This document shows, piece by piece, positions 39,946 through 53,050 of a DNA stretch of 64,000 nucleotides (position 1 is the stretch's first letter; every line of letters starts with the position of its first letter). The notes beneath the pieces are model-generated. The model did not search any database, was not told the origin of the DNA, and was given only the letters and a program-made list of their open reading frames with translations. The stretch covers positions 2,562,430 through 2,626,429 of the forward strand of contig OZ316893.1 of NCBI GenBank assembly GCA_973895155.1. The letters run 5' to 3'. The translations under genes were made by a program, and so were the position numbers. The DNA comes from Marsupella aquatica. Its lineage: Eukaryota > Plantae > Marchantiophyta.

Positions 39946-41699
39946 AATGAGCAAAAATGTACTAGTGAATTTAAACTACATACGGGACTACATATATCAA
40001 AGTTCTCCAGAAGATTCCAACGAAATCTCACTACAAGACATGCATTAGAGGTGACATTGCACTTAACAAGCCAAATAAGTCATCCACTACTCCTCTCTGT
40101 AAAATGCCAGACATCTTACTGGGCCATAGATTCTTAATGTTGCTCCATACATATGGGATGGGAGCATCCACTTCTGAAAACTGAGAGCAAATATTACAAA
40201 TACTGGAATCACCACACTCAACACAAACCCATTGGGCTTCACTATTGTCCTTCTTGAAATTAGAACCCCCTAATCCACTGGTGTGATGACACGTGGTCCA
40301 ATGAATAAGTGACGGGTGTCATTAGGTCTTACCATGGCCCTTCAGTTCATTAACTTTGGGACACATTTTAAAAAAACCCTTCACCTCTTCTAATCGGTTG
40401 CAAATGTAAACAAGGACCTTGTTGCTTAGAACGGTGTTATATTATTATTCACGGATTTGATATTTAATACCCATCGGACGTTTGCACGTATGTTTCGTTA
40501 TTTTGTAAGCTGAGGGCCCAGGGGGTGGGCAGGTGTACCTAACAATTAATGTTCAACAGTTGTGTACTAGAAAAATGGCATGTGGGGATGTGGGTTACTC
40601 TAGACTTTGTGAAGGAATAGAGAGTGAGAAAGAGACTCTTTGTAAAGGAATAGGCATTCATTTGAGTTTCCCAAAACCTAAACCGTTTACTGAGTGACTA
40701 AAAAAATTCATCAAAACTCTACCAGGCAATTTAATTATGATCTATTTTCTTCTCAATATGGGAATATAACCCTTATTTAGATAAAAGTGGAATTTTCAAT
40801 TCCAGAAATGCTTAAATGAAGTTTTACAAAGATATTACTGATTTATTTAATTCATTTAAATAAATAAATTTAAACCACCACGGGCCATATATAAGGGGGA
40901 AGTGTCCTGGAAGACTTCCATTTTCCCCCATTGTATTAACTCTTTTCCTCTAGTTTGAAAGTATGGTATGCTCCAGGACATCAACAAAAACCTGATGGAT
41001 CCAAGTTCAGTCACATGTGATAGGAACAATTTAAACAAAGTAAACCAAATTGAGTGTTTAACTTGAATCTACTCCTTTCATAAATGTTAGACTCTTTGCA
41101 TGGCCTCTGCAAAGCCTCGGGTCTTGGTAGAAAACATACTAGATTACTTAGAGTAAAAGAATTAGTTAGTCAGGAACATCTTAGGTGGGTCACACGCTTG
41201 GACACTTTTCTTTTGGATTGTGTCTTTCCTTGCTTGCATGGACCACATCTTTTTGTGTCCTTGCTCATTGGGGCTCTCTCTCCGTCTCATAGGTTTGCAT
41301 TTTGCTGCCTCTGTCTTTGTTGCCCTGTTGGGCCCCCCTTCCCATGGGTTTTTGCGGGTTTTATTCCCCCCCCCCCCTCCCCAAACAAAAAAAGAAGTAA
41401 ACCAAATTAAGTGTCAAAACATACAATAAACCATGGTTCGTATTCTAATTTGTTGGTGAAATGCATATTCAATGCAATACACTGATAGTGAGTAAACAAA
41501 AAGTTTTCATTTAAATTGGTATCTACTGAATTTGAGAATTAATATTGGCTATAATACTCAATAAGTCCCAAGGGCCTAAAAGAAACTTAAGCCAAATTTT
41601 TTGCATTTAACACTAGTAGATCTCTACAAAATGACAAGTTTTATACTATGTGTATCTATTTTCGCATCAGACACTATGAATATAAAGACTGAATTTACA

Positions 41700-44600
41700 A
41701 GTATTATCGGGTGCTGCCAAAACTGAGTTCAAGAATAGAATTTTTGCTCTACAAGTAGACATTTTGGCATTCGACATTATGAAGTAAAATGAACATTACA
41801 AGTAATCATTCATGAATATATAATGCAGTAATCAATCATTTCAATTTTTCACGTAAATAATGTAACTTTTATTATCCAAAAAGAATACATTTGAATATAT
41901 TCTAAACACTACACCACACAAGCTGTGGTTTCTTTTACTACATTTCTATTGATAGTGTCTCATACTTCAGACCAAGTAGGATAGTGATATTTAATAAACT
42001 TATGCGCTGTCTGACCAGAATCTTCTAGATTACGTAAATATGGAATAAGTGTGCCTCTAAGAAAATTGTCTTTACAATTACCATAATACGGCTTGGGATA
42101 CAGCCTTGAATACATTGGATTTACACTATCAAATGATGGATAACACTCTAAAAATATAACATTTTGTCTTTGATATTGTGGATAAATATCATTGATCTGT
42201 TTCATGTCCATCAAAGTTGATGTAAGATACTTAAGACCAGAAAAACTCAAAGCTTTATCTGTGAGTATTGGATCCATTTGATCAGCCAGTTCGCATGTGT
42301 CAGTGAGTGCCCAAAGAACCACATCAAAAGTTGAAGTGCAAAATTCAAGAAATTCTTGTACATATGGTCTCGGAAAGATCATTTTGTTATAAACTCGGAA
42401 AGATGATGTCTTCTTCAAATGACGAGAGACCCCAGTTGTGTAAATGAGGAACTTGTTGATACTTATGACAAGTAATTTCCTGAATAATTTTTCAACTCTC
42501 ACCTGTACACAACACACACAGATGAGATTTAGAATAGTACCCAAAAATGTGTCATAAATTAACTATGCACCATGGTTCATTCTACAAATAAGTGTGATAA
42601 GTAGTCCAAAATGTACCCTGATTATTAAACACATGGAATCTCCTTGAATGATTTCTATCTCCATGATCACGAATATACTGAGTATTGATCCATATTTGGA
42701 AGTGTTCCCTCCAATCTTGTTGCAATGACTTTTGCAACCATAATGGGTAAGTTTCCTTGATACTATACACTATTCACATCCATAATGACCAATTTGCTGG
42801 TTTGGGCTCAGATTGCACCTAAACAATCAAACAATTTATAGCACTATGAAAAACATTATACATTTTAAGTATAGTCAAAATAAAATCATTACTTCTTGTT
42901 GCGCAAAATCTGCTGAGGTGTCTTCTTCACCTTTGGCAGCATAGTAACTTTTTCTATCACCGAGGGTCTCTTTGAATCCCGTCGAGTGGCACGACCTGGA
43001 ATGACCTTGGAACCAGTCTTAGGAAGCTCCATTCTTGTTGCCGGAGTCGTTTGTGAACAATCTCCATGAGAAGTTGAAACTAATGGGATCCCCAAAAAAG
43101 GAGGTGGTAATTCATTCAATCCATCAGCGTAGGCTGCAGCAGATGCTTCCTCTTCCCAAGGCGCAATTTTTCCCACCTCCGGTATGTCTTGATCTTCAAG
43201 GTTAGTGGCTTGTTGGATCCAAGGATGTTCTTCACTATCTACCAACAAATCACTCTCATTTGTTTTAGGGTCCATCGATGTGTGAGACACCTTTGGTTTT
43301 TCGGCCAAAATCATAACAGGATCCACTTGTGCATTGATTTCAACATTTCTTGTCTCTAGAGGATCCATTTGCTCCCTTGCTAGGTTGCTGTCAACATTTC
43401 TTGGCTTTGTCAATGTGAAAGGCTCATCCAAAATATTAGCCTCAACCACTAGAGGATCCATCTGCTCCCTTGCTAGGTTATTGTTAGCATTTATTGGCTC
43501 TGTTGATGTGGGACGCACATCCAAAATGTTAGTCTCAACCACTAGAGGATCCATCTGCTCCCTTGCTAGGTTGTTGTTAGCATTTCTTGACTCTGTCGAT
43601 GTGGGAGGCACGTCCAAAATGTTAGTTTCAACCATTGAAGGATCCATTTTCTTCTCCACTGGATCACCATCAACATTTACTTGCTCTGTCGATATGGGAG
43701 ACGTGCCCAAAATGTTAGTTTCAACCAGTAAAGGATCCATCTGCTCCACCATTGGATTCACGACCAAAGCATTGTCTCTTATTGTTTCCTCATTTGGAAT
43801 GAAAGAATCATCTCTCTTCACACCCAAATCTTGGATGATTGCTTGTTCATAATCACTTTGATAAACTGCACATGTATCTAGTGTAGCATCATTAAGATTA
43901 GACACGGGTGTATCTATAGAGTTAGTGATAGGGTTGGAGATTAGTTGATACTCCTTCATCCAAGTCCATTTGTTAATAGTGCTTTTAGGTTCACTTTGAA
44001 TGGCAAAAACATCAATAGGAGGATCTCCAACCATTTCACATACTTTTGTTGCATAATAGACATTATCTTGTAAATTAGTGATTTGTTCAGGGGTTTCCAA
44101 ACCGGAGCGATGAGTCAAAGCTTCATGCCAATATGCTCTTGCTTTCCACCCATGAAATTGAGCTTCGCTTCGAAAGAACTCATCCCAATCTATTGTAGAA
44201 ATGTGATCTGGGCAACTGGTTTCCTAATCAGGAATATAATTTTCCCACACAAATTTGCGGACAATCATTCTTCGCTCATTTTTACTTTTGGTTTCATCAA
44301 ATGCCACTTCATTTTTGTTTCTTTGATTTGATTCTTGCACCCCAGCACGACTACAATTTGATTGGATATTTTTAACATTCTTTGCATTTAGATTTGAGGT
44401 AGGGCATCTTCCTTTGGTCATTGAAACTCCTTGTTCCTCGACATTGAGCTCTGGTTCGGTTTGGAAAGCCCTGAACGAGTCAAGAATTTCCATTGAATCA
44501 TTTGGTGATTCCACGTGATCCAACTTTAGTGGCTGCCAAGCATTCGGGGAATCAATGTTATCCTCTTCGTCCTCATCCTTGTTCTCGTCCTCAATAGAAT

Positions 44601-47600
44601 TGGTTTTATCTCCTACAACCAAAACAACAAACAATAGATAAATATGGTGAACCAATAAACTTCTAATTATTTTTATTTATTAAATATCGCTATTAGTTTG
44701 CTTTGCCTAATTTCAATGACTACATGATGTATTAGACAAGTGTTTTCTATATTATGTTAGGTACTAATCTAATTTTTCACAAAATTCCAGAGTAAGTTAA
44801 TCTATTTATAGAATTTAAGCGATTCATTTGACAAGTTAAAACTATGATTGGGTTGTTCAGTTCGTATTAGTATTTGCTTCAACTCTAGTTGGAATTATTA
44901 TCCATTTGAAATGTTTGGACTATACCAAATAATAGGTTCTATATTGTCTTGATAAATTTATCTAACTTCACACATCCAACTTGTTCCAACCATGGTTCAT
45001 TCTAATATTTTCATCAATCAATCATTCTATATCAAATCATGTACATCATTCTCTTGAGAACATCGATTTATAATTCATGATTCATATCTGGCATATGACA
45101 AGTTTGGCTACTTAATTCATCATTAGCTATTGAATATGGTAGTTTATAACAAATGGTAGTCATATTAACCTCCAAGTGGATCAGTAGGAACATTGGTTGG
45201 CATTTCGTAGACTTTGTCATCTGATTCAGGAATGTTGCCCAATCCATATTCCTTGATCACACGAGCAATACTACTTTCACCAAGGTGTAAGGTATCTTTG
45301 CAAAGCTCAATAATGTCCTCTCTCATATTCTTCTTGGCCAAATTATACTTCATCAATCTGGCAATATTTTTCTCTAAAATACTTCAAAGTTCACATGATG
45401 CTTCTTCAGGCTGATCATGATTAAACTTGTTTGTGGAAGAAAAGAACTGCGTAAGTCCTTCGTGATTAGACTCGTCACAATATGAACGTACCCAAGCTCC
45501 CAAGTTCTGCAAAACCATGAGACTGAGTTTTAATACTTGGGATTTCAATATAGTTGAATAATTAAATGAACTTTCAACTGTAAGGTTTGGGGTTTAAAAA
45601 CTCATACCAAAAGGGAGTGGATCAGATGTCGGCCATCTCCAAAACAGACAGAAAACTTGTCAAATGAGACAAGTTGAGAAGTCAAGTTATCATAGAAACT
45701 CTTGCTTTTCTCCCCAAGCTGAGTCTGCTCTGCAACATCTTCTGTTGTCTCTTCATAATTCTTCAAACATCCTGCTTTCTTAAAGCTTAACAAAATTTTT
45801 CCAGAAATCTCATCTGCCTCACATTCTTCAGTGAATGACACTTTGAAGAATGCATAAGTTACAAAAAGACAATTGACATCATAAATTGTCGATGTAGAAG
45901 ATGACGGTCGAGATTGTGTCCAGTATTGTGTTGTGAATGCAACATAATGTGTGTGTGCTGAAATGGCACTCATCACAAAGAAAGAGTCGATCGCAGATGA
46001 TATCACTACCACGACATGAGATGGTTTGGACCCAATCATAGAAGCTGCATCAAAGAATGCTTCATATGTCTTCCGTGTCATGGGACTTATTCCAGGTATC
46101 ATGGTAGCATCCAAGAATATGAATGTTGCCATTTCTTTCAATTCCAAGATGATTGGACGAAAAAATGCAGGAGTTCCAAATCCCTCATTTGAACAAAACC
46201 TAAGTTTTGAGTCAAGTTTCACAACCACCGGATTACCTTTTCCATCCACTGAAGCCCTGATTGACCATATCAAACTCTTAAAAACTCCAGGCAAAAGATT
46301 TTGCAACTCGTCATTTCCAGTGTTCTTCGTTAATGATTTTGGGATTACTGCAGGTCCAAGCGTAGTTCGAAGTTTTTCAACTTTATCTGGAGTAAGCTTA
46401 AAAAAAGCTCGCATTGCATTCACCTTCTCGATTCTCTGCTCCATGGGCAACGCTCGTAGTTTCCCCTTAGGCATATTATCTTTTGCAAGATATTTCAAAA
46501 GCAGTATCTCAAACTCCTTATCCTGCTTCTTTTGAACGCAATACTCATCAAGAGCAATGAAATCTTCTTCGATAGGAACTGCATCTATCTTCTTTGCAAT
46601 TCCGCTACTTCGTTGCTTCATTAGTGAGATCTTCTTATTGGTAAGAAGATACCTTGCAATCTTCATCAACACTGCATCTTCAACACCAAGAAAATCCCGA
46701 AATGTTCTTCGTGCCACCTCCCAAGCTCCTCGAGCAGAATCTTTCTTAATAACATCTCTCTGTAAGAACCCATTGAAAGCAACCAATTTTCCTTCTCTTG
46801 ACATCTCGTAAACTTTCATCCACAAGTTGAAGGTGGAATCTGTCATATTTAAGATGAAAGGTCCAAGTTCACCCAAATTAAATTTTCCATTCTCCTCTTT
46901 AGCCCAAGGGATGACGATCATTGCTGCTTTTGAGAAGTGCTGTTCACACACAACTAAAATCATTAGGTGGATACGAACCATGGTTCACACTGTTATACTT
47001 TTCACATTCTATTGCATTCAGATGCACTAGCAGAAGTTAAACAAGAATAAAAATAAACTTATGAAATATATGACTCTTACCTTCCATTTTGAATCTTTGG
47101 TGCTGTTTGTCTCTGAAGGAGGACATCCATAACTTTTCCAAATATCTCTGACCTATCTTGCAATCAAGAAAAATTGGGATTCATCCATCGCTGTGTGATG
47201 GACATGATTCAATGTCTTTGATAATCCCATCATTACCAGGTTCCCAGCCAAATCATATGGTGCCCAAAACATCACGGCATCAATTGTAAGGCATTTTTGA
47301 TGAATAGCAGCATCCACTGATTCATCATTCAAAAGTAATCGGTAAGCTATTACTGTGTGCTGGCCTCCAATTATCCAAAAATGATAATTGTCAATTTGAT
47401 CAAGGATCGGTGGGTGTGACAATGGAGTCCCACAATAGCCAACTTCAGTGCTCCTGCTCTCATCCCAAAGCACTGGGATGAGGAAACAAACCCGCTTCTC
47501 AAAATTTACCAACGACTGAAATTTCATCGAGTTGGCAAGGTCCCTTGAGTAATCAGGGTCATGTCCTCTACATTTTACAACATTGGGTGCAATGTGGCAT

Positions 47601-48358
47601 TTCAAATTTTCAACATTGAAAACTCTACTATCAAAGATGTTTGCTTTTTTATAAACACCATTGAAACTCTTGCAAAGATCTCCAATGTTTTCTCTAGTGA
47701 TCACTTTTGGAAGTTCTCCTGTTTCAAACTTGGATTGCTTCTCAAGTTCCTCCTTCTTTCCAACACGAAATGTTTCCGGGAAGGTGCATTTTGCCCATGC
47801 CAAGATGGATAACATGTACCTCTCGATGCTTGGGCCATTTATGAGTGTAGAAACCTTTGGGAATGTGGGATCCAAAATGGTTGAGAATGCCTCCGGAGAT
47901 AATCTACAATTTGCCTCAATGTATGTTTGGTCAAACATCCCAAATACCTCTCTGGAGAAACAATAGCAAATCCTATTGTTTTGTGATTCATCGACGGTAT
48001 CCTCCTCGACCAGAAGGACCAAAGCCTCTTGACAGTCTTTCAGGTTGACATTTTTCTCATAAACACAACTGAGAATTCGAGAGTCTGACAATACCAAAGT
48101 CCCCTCTTCAGAAGCGACGCACATCCGAAGAACATTCTTATCAAGCACCACTCCCCAGTGCTTCATATCTTTCTGTTCAACTCGGACAACAGTATCGGTG
48201 ATGGTGGATTTCAATGTCATCTTCCTCCCACGAAAATTAGTGATGGAATTCACTCCTGTGACACCCTTTCTAACTTTGGCTTTCCTTTTTTTTGGGCTTC
48301 CATCAGTTTTTTCCAAAGACTTCCGCTTCTTCTTGCTAGTTTCTCCTTCGGATGCCAT
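41700..48358 (-). pseudogene. Large multi-exon gene (~1,800 aa if repaired): ParB-like domain, degenerate DNA-methyltransferase-like fold, 33-aa repeats and FCP1-like HAD domain; probably TE-associated
   Basis: Approximate exons 48358-47081, 46940-45606, 45506-45170, 44612-42892, ~42819-42615 (frame uncertain), 42502-41966, with GT-AG ends. Single in-frame stops at 47153, ~45385 and 44224 with the frame open beyond each. Motifs FWIIGGQHT; FIFLDA; EKS..FY..L.....D....FGDG...L.NLG; KLLVISIN...RPYVQEFLEFC..TFDVVLW. Confidence 0.65.
43335..43750 (-). repeat. Coding tandem repeat, 99-bp / 33-aa unit (..EQMDPLVVETNILD..PTSTE..N.N.NLAR), about 4.5 copies
   Basis: Visible in the 42889-44118 ORF and as recurring GGATCCAT ... 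CCAAAATGTTAG at 99-bp spacing. Confidence 0.9.
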
Positions 48359-48549
48359 GACTATGTGCGTTCTCGCTCTGCTTCACAACAAAAACAAATT
48401 TGATCATAAGAATACTGTCGGCAAGATGTAACAAGGATATTCTTTAAAGAACATGTTGAATGTTCAAAGAAACCAGATATTTTGAAATGTTTGACTTAAT
48501 TTTCTCCCAGGGACAGCATAGAGTAGTTTGGATTCTGGCAAAATGTAGA

Positions 48550-49560
48550 TCATCAAACCATGGTTCATGCTGCAAGCTCTAAATCTAGATGAAATCAAAG
48601 ATGACTAGGGATAGTGCAAACAAAGGTTCATGGAATAATATTTAGCTTTGAATCTAAATGAATTGAATCAAAGACTACTGGGACAGTGCAAACCAAGGTT
48701 CGTGCAAGATGGCTAGCTGTGACTGGTATTTATTCTTTTTACTGCAAACCATGGTTTGCTCTGCAAATGGTTACAGGGAATGAACTTCAGGACAAATCAA
48801 TGGGGACACTGCAAACCAAGATTCGTGCAATGAGGGCTTGTGATACTTATTCTCAGTAGTGCAAACCATGGTTTGCACTGCAAATGATATGACTTTCACC
48901 TTAAATGAATGGCAACACTAACAATCAAAATGAACATGAAGTAATAAGGCTCGGATATCAATAGGTCCCTTTGTGCAACAAGGTCTAGAAAAATTGACTA
49001 GGAAGATAAACTTCAGAGCAAACCATGGTTCATGCCCTTGAAAGCAAAATTGAGCTTCATTAAGATTAGAAATTGGACTGGGTGGACATGCATGATGTGC
49101 AAATCCTTGTTTGTGCTGCAAGTACAAATGTAAATCCATTTGCTAGAAAATTGTTGGCTGGAAGGACAGCCAAGTCCAGATGTGAGTTGTGATAGTGGGA
49201 GTCACATATTACCCCTTCACAGCACGAACCATGGTTTGTGCCACAATAGGTACAAGGCACCAGGTTTGGAAAATGTAATGCCTCAAAGGAAGGTGAGTTG
49301 AGGTCAGAGTGGTGGAATTAGACTTAACATAAAGATGTGCAAACCATGGTTTGTGCTATATGAAATCATGGAAATCTATTTCAGAGACAGGGCCGACTGG
49401 GAGGATAATCGAGGTCACTTGCTTCGCAGCACAAGCCATGGTTCATGCAGCAATTGATAAATGTATTGCCTCAAAGGAAGGCTAGCTCAGTTGACCACAG
49501 AGAGGCCAAGGGGACACGATGTGAGAGACAGTTGAATTGCACATCATGGTTTGAGCTGGT
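48550..49560. repeat. Cluster of about 12 palindromic GCAAACCATGGTT(T/C) motifs
   Basis: Copies near 48555, 48615, 48687, 48743, 48810, 48858 (perfect 22-bp palindrome AGTGCAAACCATGGTTTGCACT), 49018, 49098, 49222, 49338, 49429 and 49538. Confidence 0.85.
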
Positions 49561-52500
49561 AGGGATAAAATGCAATCCATTTCATAAAGTGGGATTGCTG
49601 GAATGATAGCTGACTTAGGAGTGGAGTGATTTTATTGGGACTCCACAACATGGAACGGATTCAGGAAATGCACTGGCCGTAACGACTTAGCTGCTGGCCT
49701 CAGGGATGATTTCTTTGATAAGGTGTACAGTCCGTAACAGCTTACTTGAAGGATTCATGGATTGAGTTAGGATTGTGGGAAGAAGGGGATATTACAATCC
49801 TCCATAAACTTTTAGTTGTGACCTCCAAGTTTAGACTTTGGTTATTGTTAATGAACATAAAATGACCTTTAGGAATAGTCAAGCACAATAGGACAAATCT
49901 TGCTATGGCAATCTTCAGCACACTCTGGACTACAGAGATTGAGGGCAGGTTACCTATGATCAAGTGCACTTCAAGTTAGCTCAGCAACCCTGCTCAGACC
50001 AGCTCAAGCCTCAACAACTCCGCGCTGATGGGGATTAGAAAAAGGGATATATGCCACGTTTAGGCCAGTTATTGAGATGAGAAGGGGTAGCTCGATCCAC
50101 CTTCCTAGACTGCCAAACACATCCAAGATCACACTTCATCATGTGCTCACAAAGCCAATATCAAAGGGTATATATTCAAACAGATATGCCATAACAAGAA
50201 GTTTCCAATTAACAAAGGCTCCAAAACAACGATAGAGACTTAAGGATGTCCAACAGTATAATCATGTAGCAGCACTTACCACTGAGAATAGTCCTGGCCT
50301 TCACACAGCATGTGAGAATAGTCCTGGCCTTCCACGCCTTTACGCAGCATACTGCACCACACAAAGGAACAAAACCAAAAGTTGAGCATTAAAACTCTTA
50401 CCAATCACAAAGAGTTACAAGAACACGACTCAATACTGAGAGGCATGATCAACAAATGAGTCAATCCACCCAAATAGCAAGGGCGGAGGTGACAAAGGAA
50501 CACTAATTTAAAGAACAACCACTTCTGAAGGGAAAAAAAGACAATCTGATCAAAAGCATGTGAGATTTGTAGAACCAAATGAAAACATACAACCAAAATT
50601 TAGTCTTCCTACCGCGTGCTTGGAAACTCTATTGTTGAGTGTTGCTCTAAGCTACTATCTTCCACATGGCTGCCAACAGTAAGCAACAACAGTTTGCTGC
50701 ATTAATTGTTTGAATGGGTCTGTTTGCACAGCCAAGCATACACTCCGACAAGCATATTATCGACATGTAGCATCGTAATGAAACTAAGGCACTTGATTCT
50801 TGTACACTGAACTGAGTAGACAGCCGGGTAGACTGCGGACTGTGAGAGTGTGAATGTTAAATTAGACCAAGACGTGCAAGTTGGACAAATGAGTTCATGT
50901 TGTGACACAGGTAGTCGTCCCCCCGACCTCTCTACTCTACTCTACTCTACTCTACTCAATCACATATATGCCAATATATACATTATCGACCCTTACTGAC
51001 TGAGATCAATTCCTAGATCTTAGAAGGCCCAGAATCTGGCCCAAAATATTTGATCTAGTCATTTTTAATTTACCTCAAACTAAGCCCTCGATATATCAGA
51101 CTAAATATTCAGCTTCTTGCCATGATCGATTGATTAGTTATGAATTAGCAGCAAATTTTTAGATTAATTTCTTAAACTCTACGTACGTCCATATACTAGT
51201 CTGAGTTGTCTTTGCACAGAAACCAAGCCTTGTGCTAAGAATGCTTGCAATTGATACTCGATCCATACACAGTCCCAACAAAGATACCTCTCCTTGAGTG
51301 ACTCGATCTACGGACTCTTTAGCATTATTGACAGGGCTGACTTCTGGCACTTAGAGGCTAATTATATGCAGTTGCCCAATAATAGTTTAGTGCATACCCA
51401 AATCTGACCTGTGCTTTTACTGTCAACGGCTACGCCTGTTGCTCACTCTATTGTGTTGAAGTCAAAGTTGTCTTGGACCTACATGTCCAGGCAACAAACT
51501 TTAGTATCACAAGGCCACCACTAAAGAAGATAAACAGGGAATATAATTTTCAACAAGCTAAAACAATGAACTGAAACTTTGGCAAACCCACCACAGTATT
51601 TAATTGCATGCAGCAGAAAACGATGAGATGCACATAAAAAACTTTACAAATTATATTCATGTACGTCTACAAGACAATTTATCAATGCCATTGCTCTTGG
51701 TTAGAACACATGTCGGAAGCAAAGTGATGAATCAATATGTAGAGTACATTATAGTTTCATAATTTGTGTTGTCTGACGTAAAACTAGGAGAGCAATATTC
51801 CTCTTCCAATCAAAGTGGTAAGAATATTAAAATAGACAGGGAAGTACCTTCCTAACAATCACATAACCTTGGTAATGAAAACCAGATCTACCTTCTGTTG
51901 TTGGTGAAGTACGTTGTTGGTGAAGTAGTAGTTTAACTCTGAATAGCATCCCTGGGAGGATCTCAGCACTAAATTACATATTTGACATGCAACGCTCCTG
52001 TCCAATGGAAGTACAAATGACATCAGAAGAATAAAGAAGATGTGTCCATCTACACACAAGACAAATGTACTACTATTTTAATTTTATGTTGTGTAGCTAT
52101 CCTTCTGATTACAGAATTGTTTTAAAATTTGGCATTTGTTAGATAATCTCACGCATGGATCTAGATTCTAGTTTTTGTCAGGCTGACATCGACATTGAGA
52201 ATTAAATTCTAATCTATTGCAAGCTTTGTCAAACTTTCTAAGTTTGAATAACACTGTATGGTCAATTTGTCTTATCCTTGTTCCAATCAGATTGCTAAGA
52301 ACGTTAAAAATAGATAGGGAACTACTGTACCTGGCTTCCAACGATCACATAACCTTCAGAATAAAACCTAGATCTATACCTGTTGGGAGAAACTAGCTCT
52401 CTGGGAGAGGCGCAACAATAAAATACATCGCCAACATGCAGCGCTCCTGTCCAACGGAAGCAGGCATAGTGTTAGGAGAATAGAAAAAATGTAGCTGTCA

Positions 52501-52917
52501 TGCAGAGCTCCAATGAAAGCACGTAAATGTTACGGAGTAGGAAGATCTGGAAACCAAATGTGTCATTCTTTATACCGTTGGAAAGAAGAAGTCAAGCCGC
52601 ATCCAACAAACCTAGACACTCAGGTTTTGAGAGAAAGAGGAAGACGCAGTATGAATCGTAAGTAGGCAAAAAAATGCAAAAATAACATAGCTAGACACAG
52701 AAAAATGCATAAATGTTGACTGGGTCAATGTGACACGATTTTCAATAATACTGGATGAAAACAGGCGATTAAGGCATCGTTGGAAAGGATTTTCAAATGC
52801 TTTTGAAACAAGCCCATGAGCAAGACTTCTTGTTGAGTAAACACTGAGATCGGAAGACAAGTCAGAGAAGGAGATTGAAGGAACATCAATCCTCCATTAC
52901 AACCGGGAGCCAGGAAG

Positions 52918-53050
52918 AAACGAATAAAGAACAGCGCAGGTGATGGGAACTGCTAGCAAACCCCTGCGGCAAGGCTCTGCTTGGAAGAAACGAATGAAAA
53001 ACAGTGCAGGTGATGGGAACTGCTAGCAAACCCCTGCAGCAAGGCTCTCC
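52918..53050. repeat. Tandem duplication of ~70 bp
   Basis: AACAG.GCAGGTGATGGGAACTGCTAGCAAACCCCTGC.GCAAGGCTCT occurs twice. Confidence 0.8.

Larger units (their letters stand above)
29901..39967. mobile_element. Full-length CACTA (En/Spm) DNA transposon, 10,067 bp
   Basis: TIRs CACTAGTACATT / AATGTACTAGTG; 3-bp TSD AAT (29898-29900 and 39968-39970); ATCGGA/TCCGAT subterminal repeats at both ends; internal TnpD-type transposase. Confidence 0.96.

Noticed and set aside
41611-41620. CACTAGTAGA as a CACTA left TIR
   Set aside because: No matching right TIR or subterminal repeats follow, and one palindrome copy (41428) lies outside it.
42582-42820. Possible Ulp1-protease remnant
   Set aside because: No frame gives a convincing H..D..Q..C catalytic pattern, and all frames contain stops.
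7569-48358. AlkB, H2A.Z-like, SET and MTase-like genes as a functional epigenetic cluster
   Set aside because: The SET gene is TE cargo and the MTase-like gene is probably TE-associated; unrelated host genes (kinase, ARC6) intervene, so proximity is probably coincidental.
43334-48431. Plus-strand ORFs 43334-43852, 46026-46535, 46557-46811, 47661-47966 and 48198-48431
   Set aside because: They are antisense shadows of the minus-strand coding exons and show no independent motifs.
48550-49560. Palindromic repeats with variable spacers as a CRISPR array
   Set aside because: The repeats are short and degenerate, spacing is irregular, the spacers are partly related to each other, there are no cas genes, and the context is eukaryotic.
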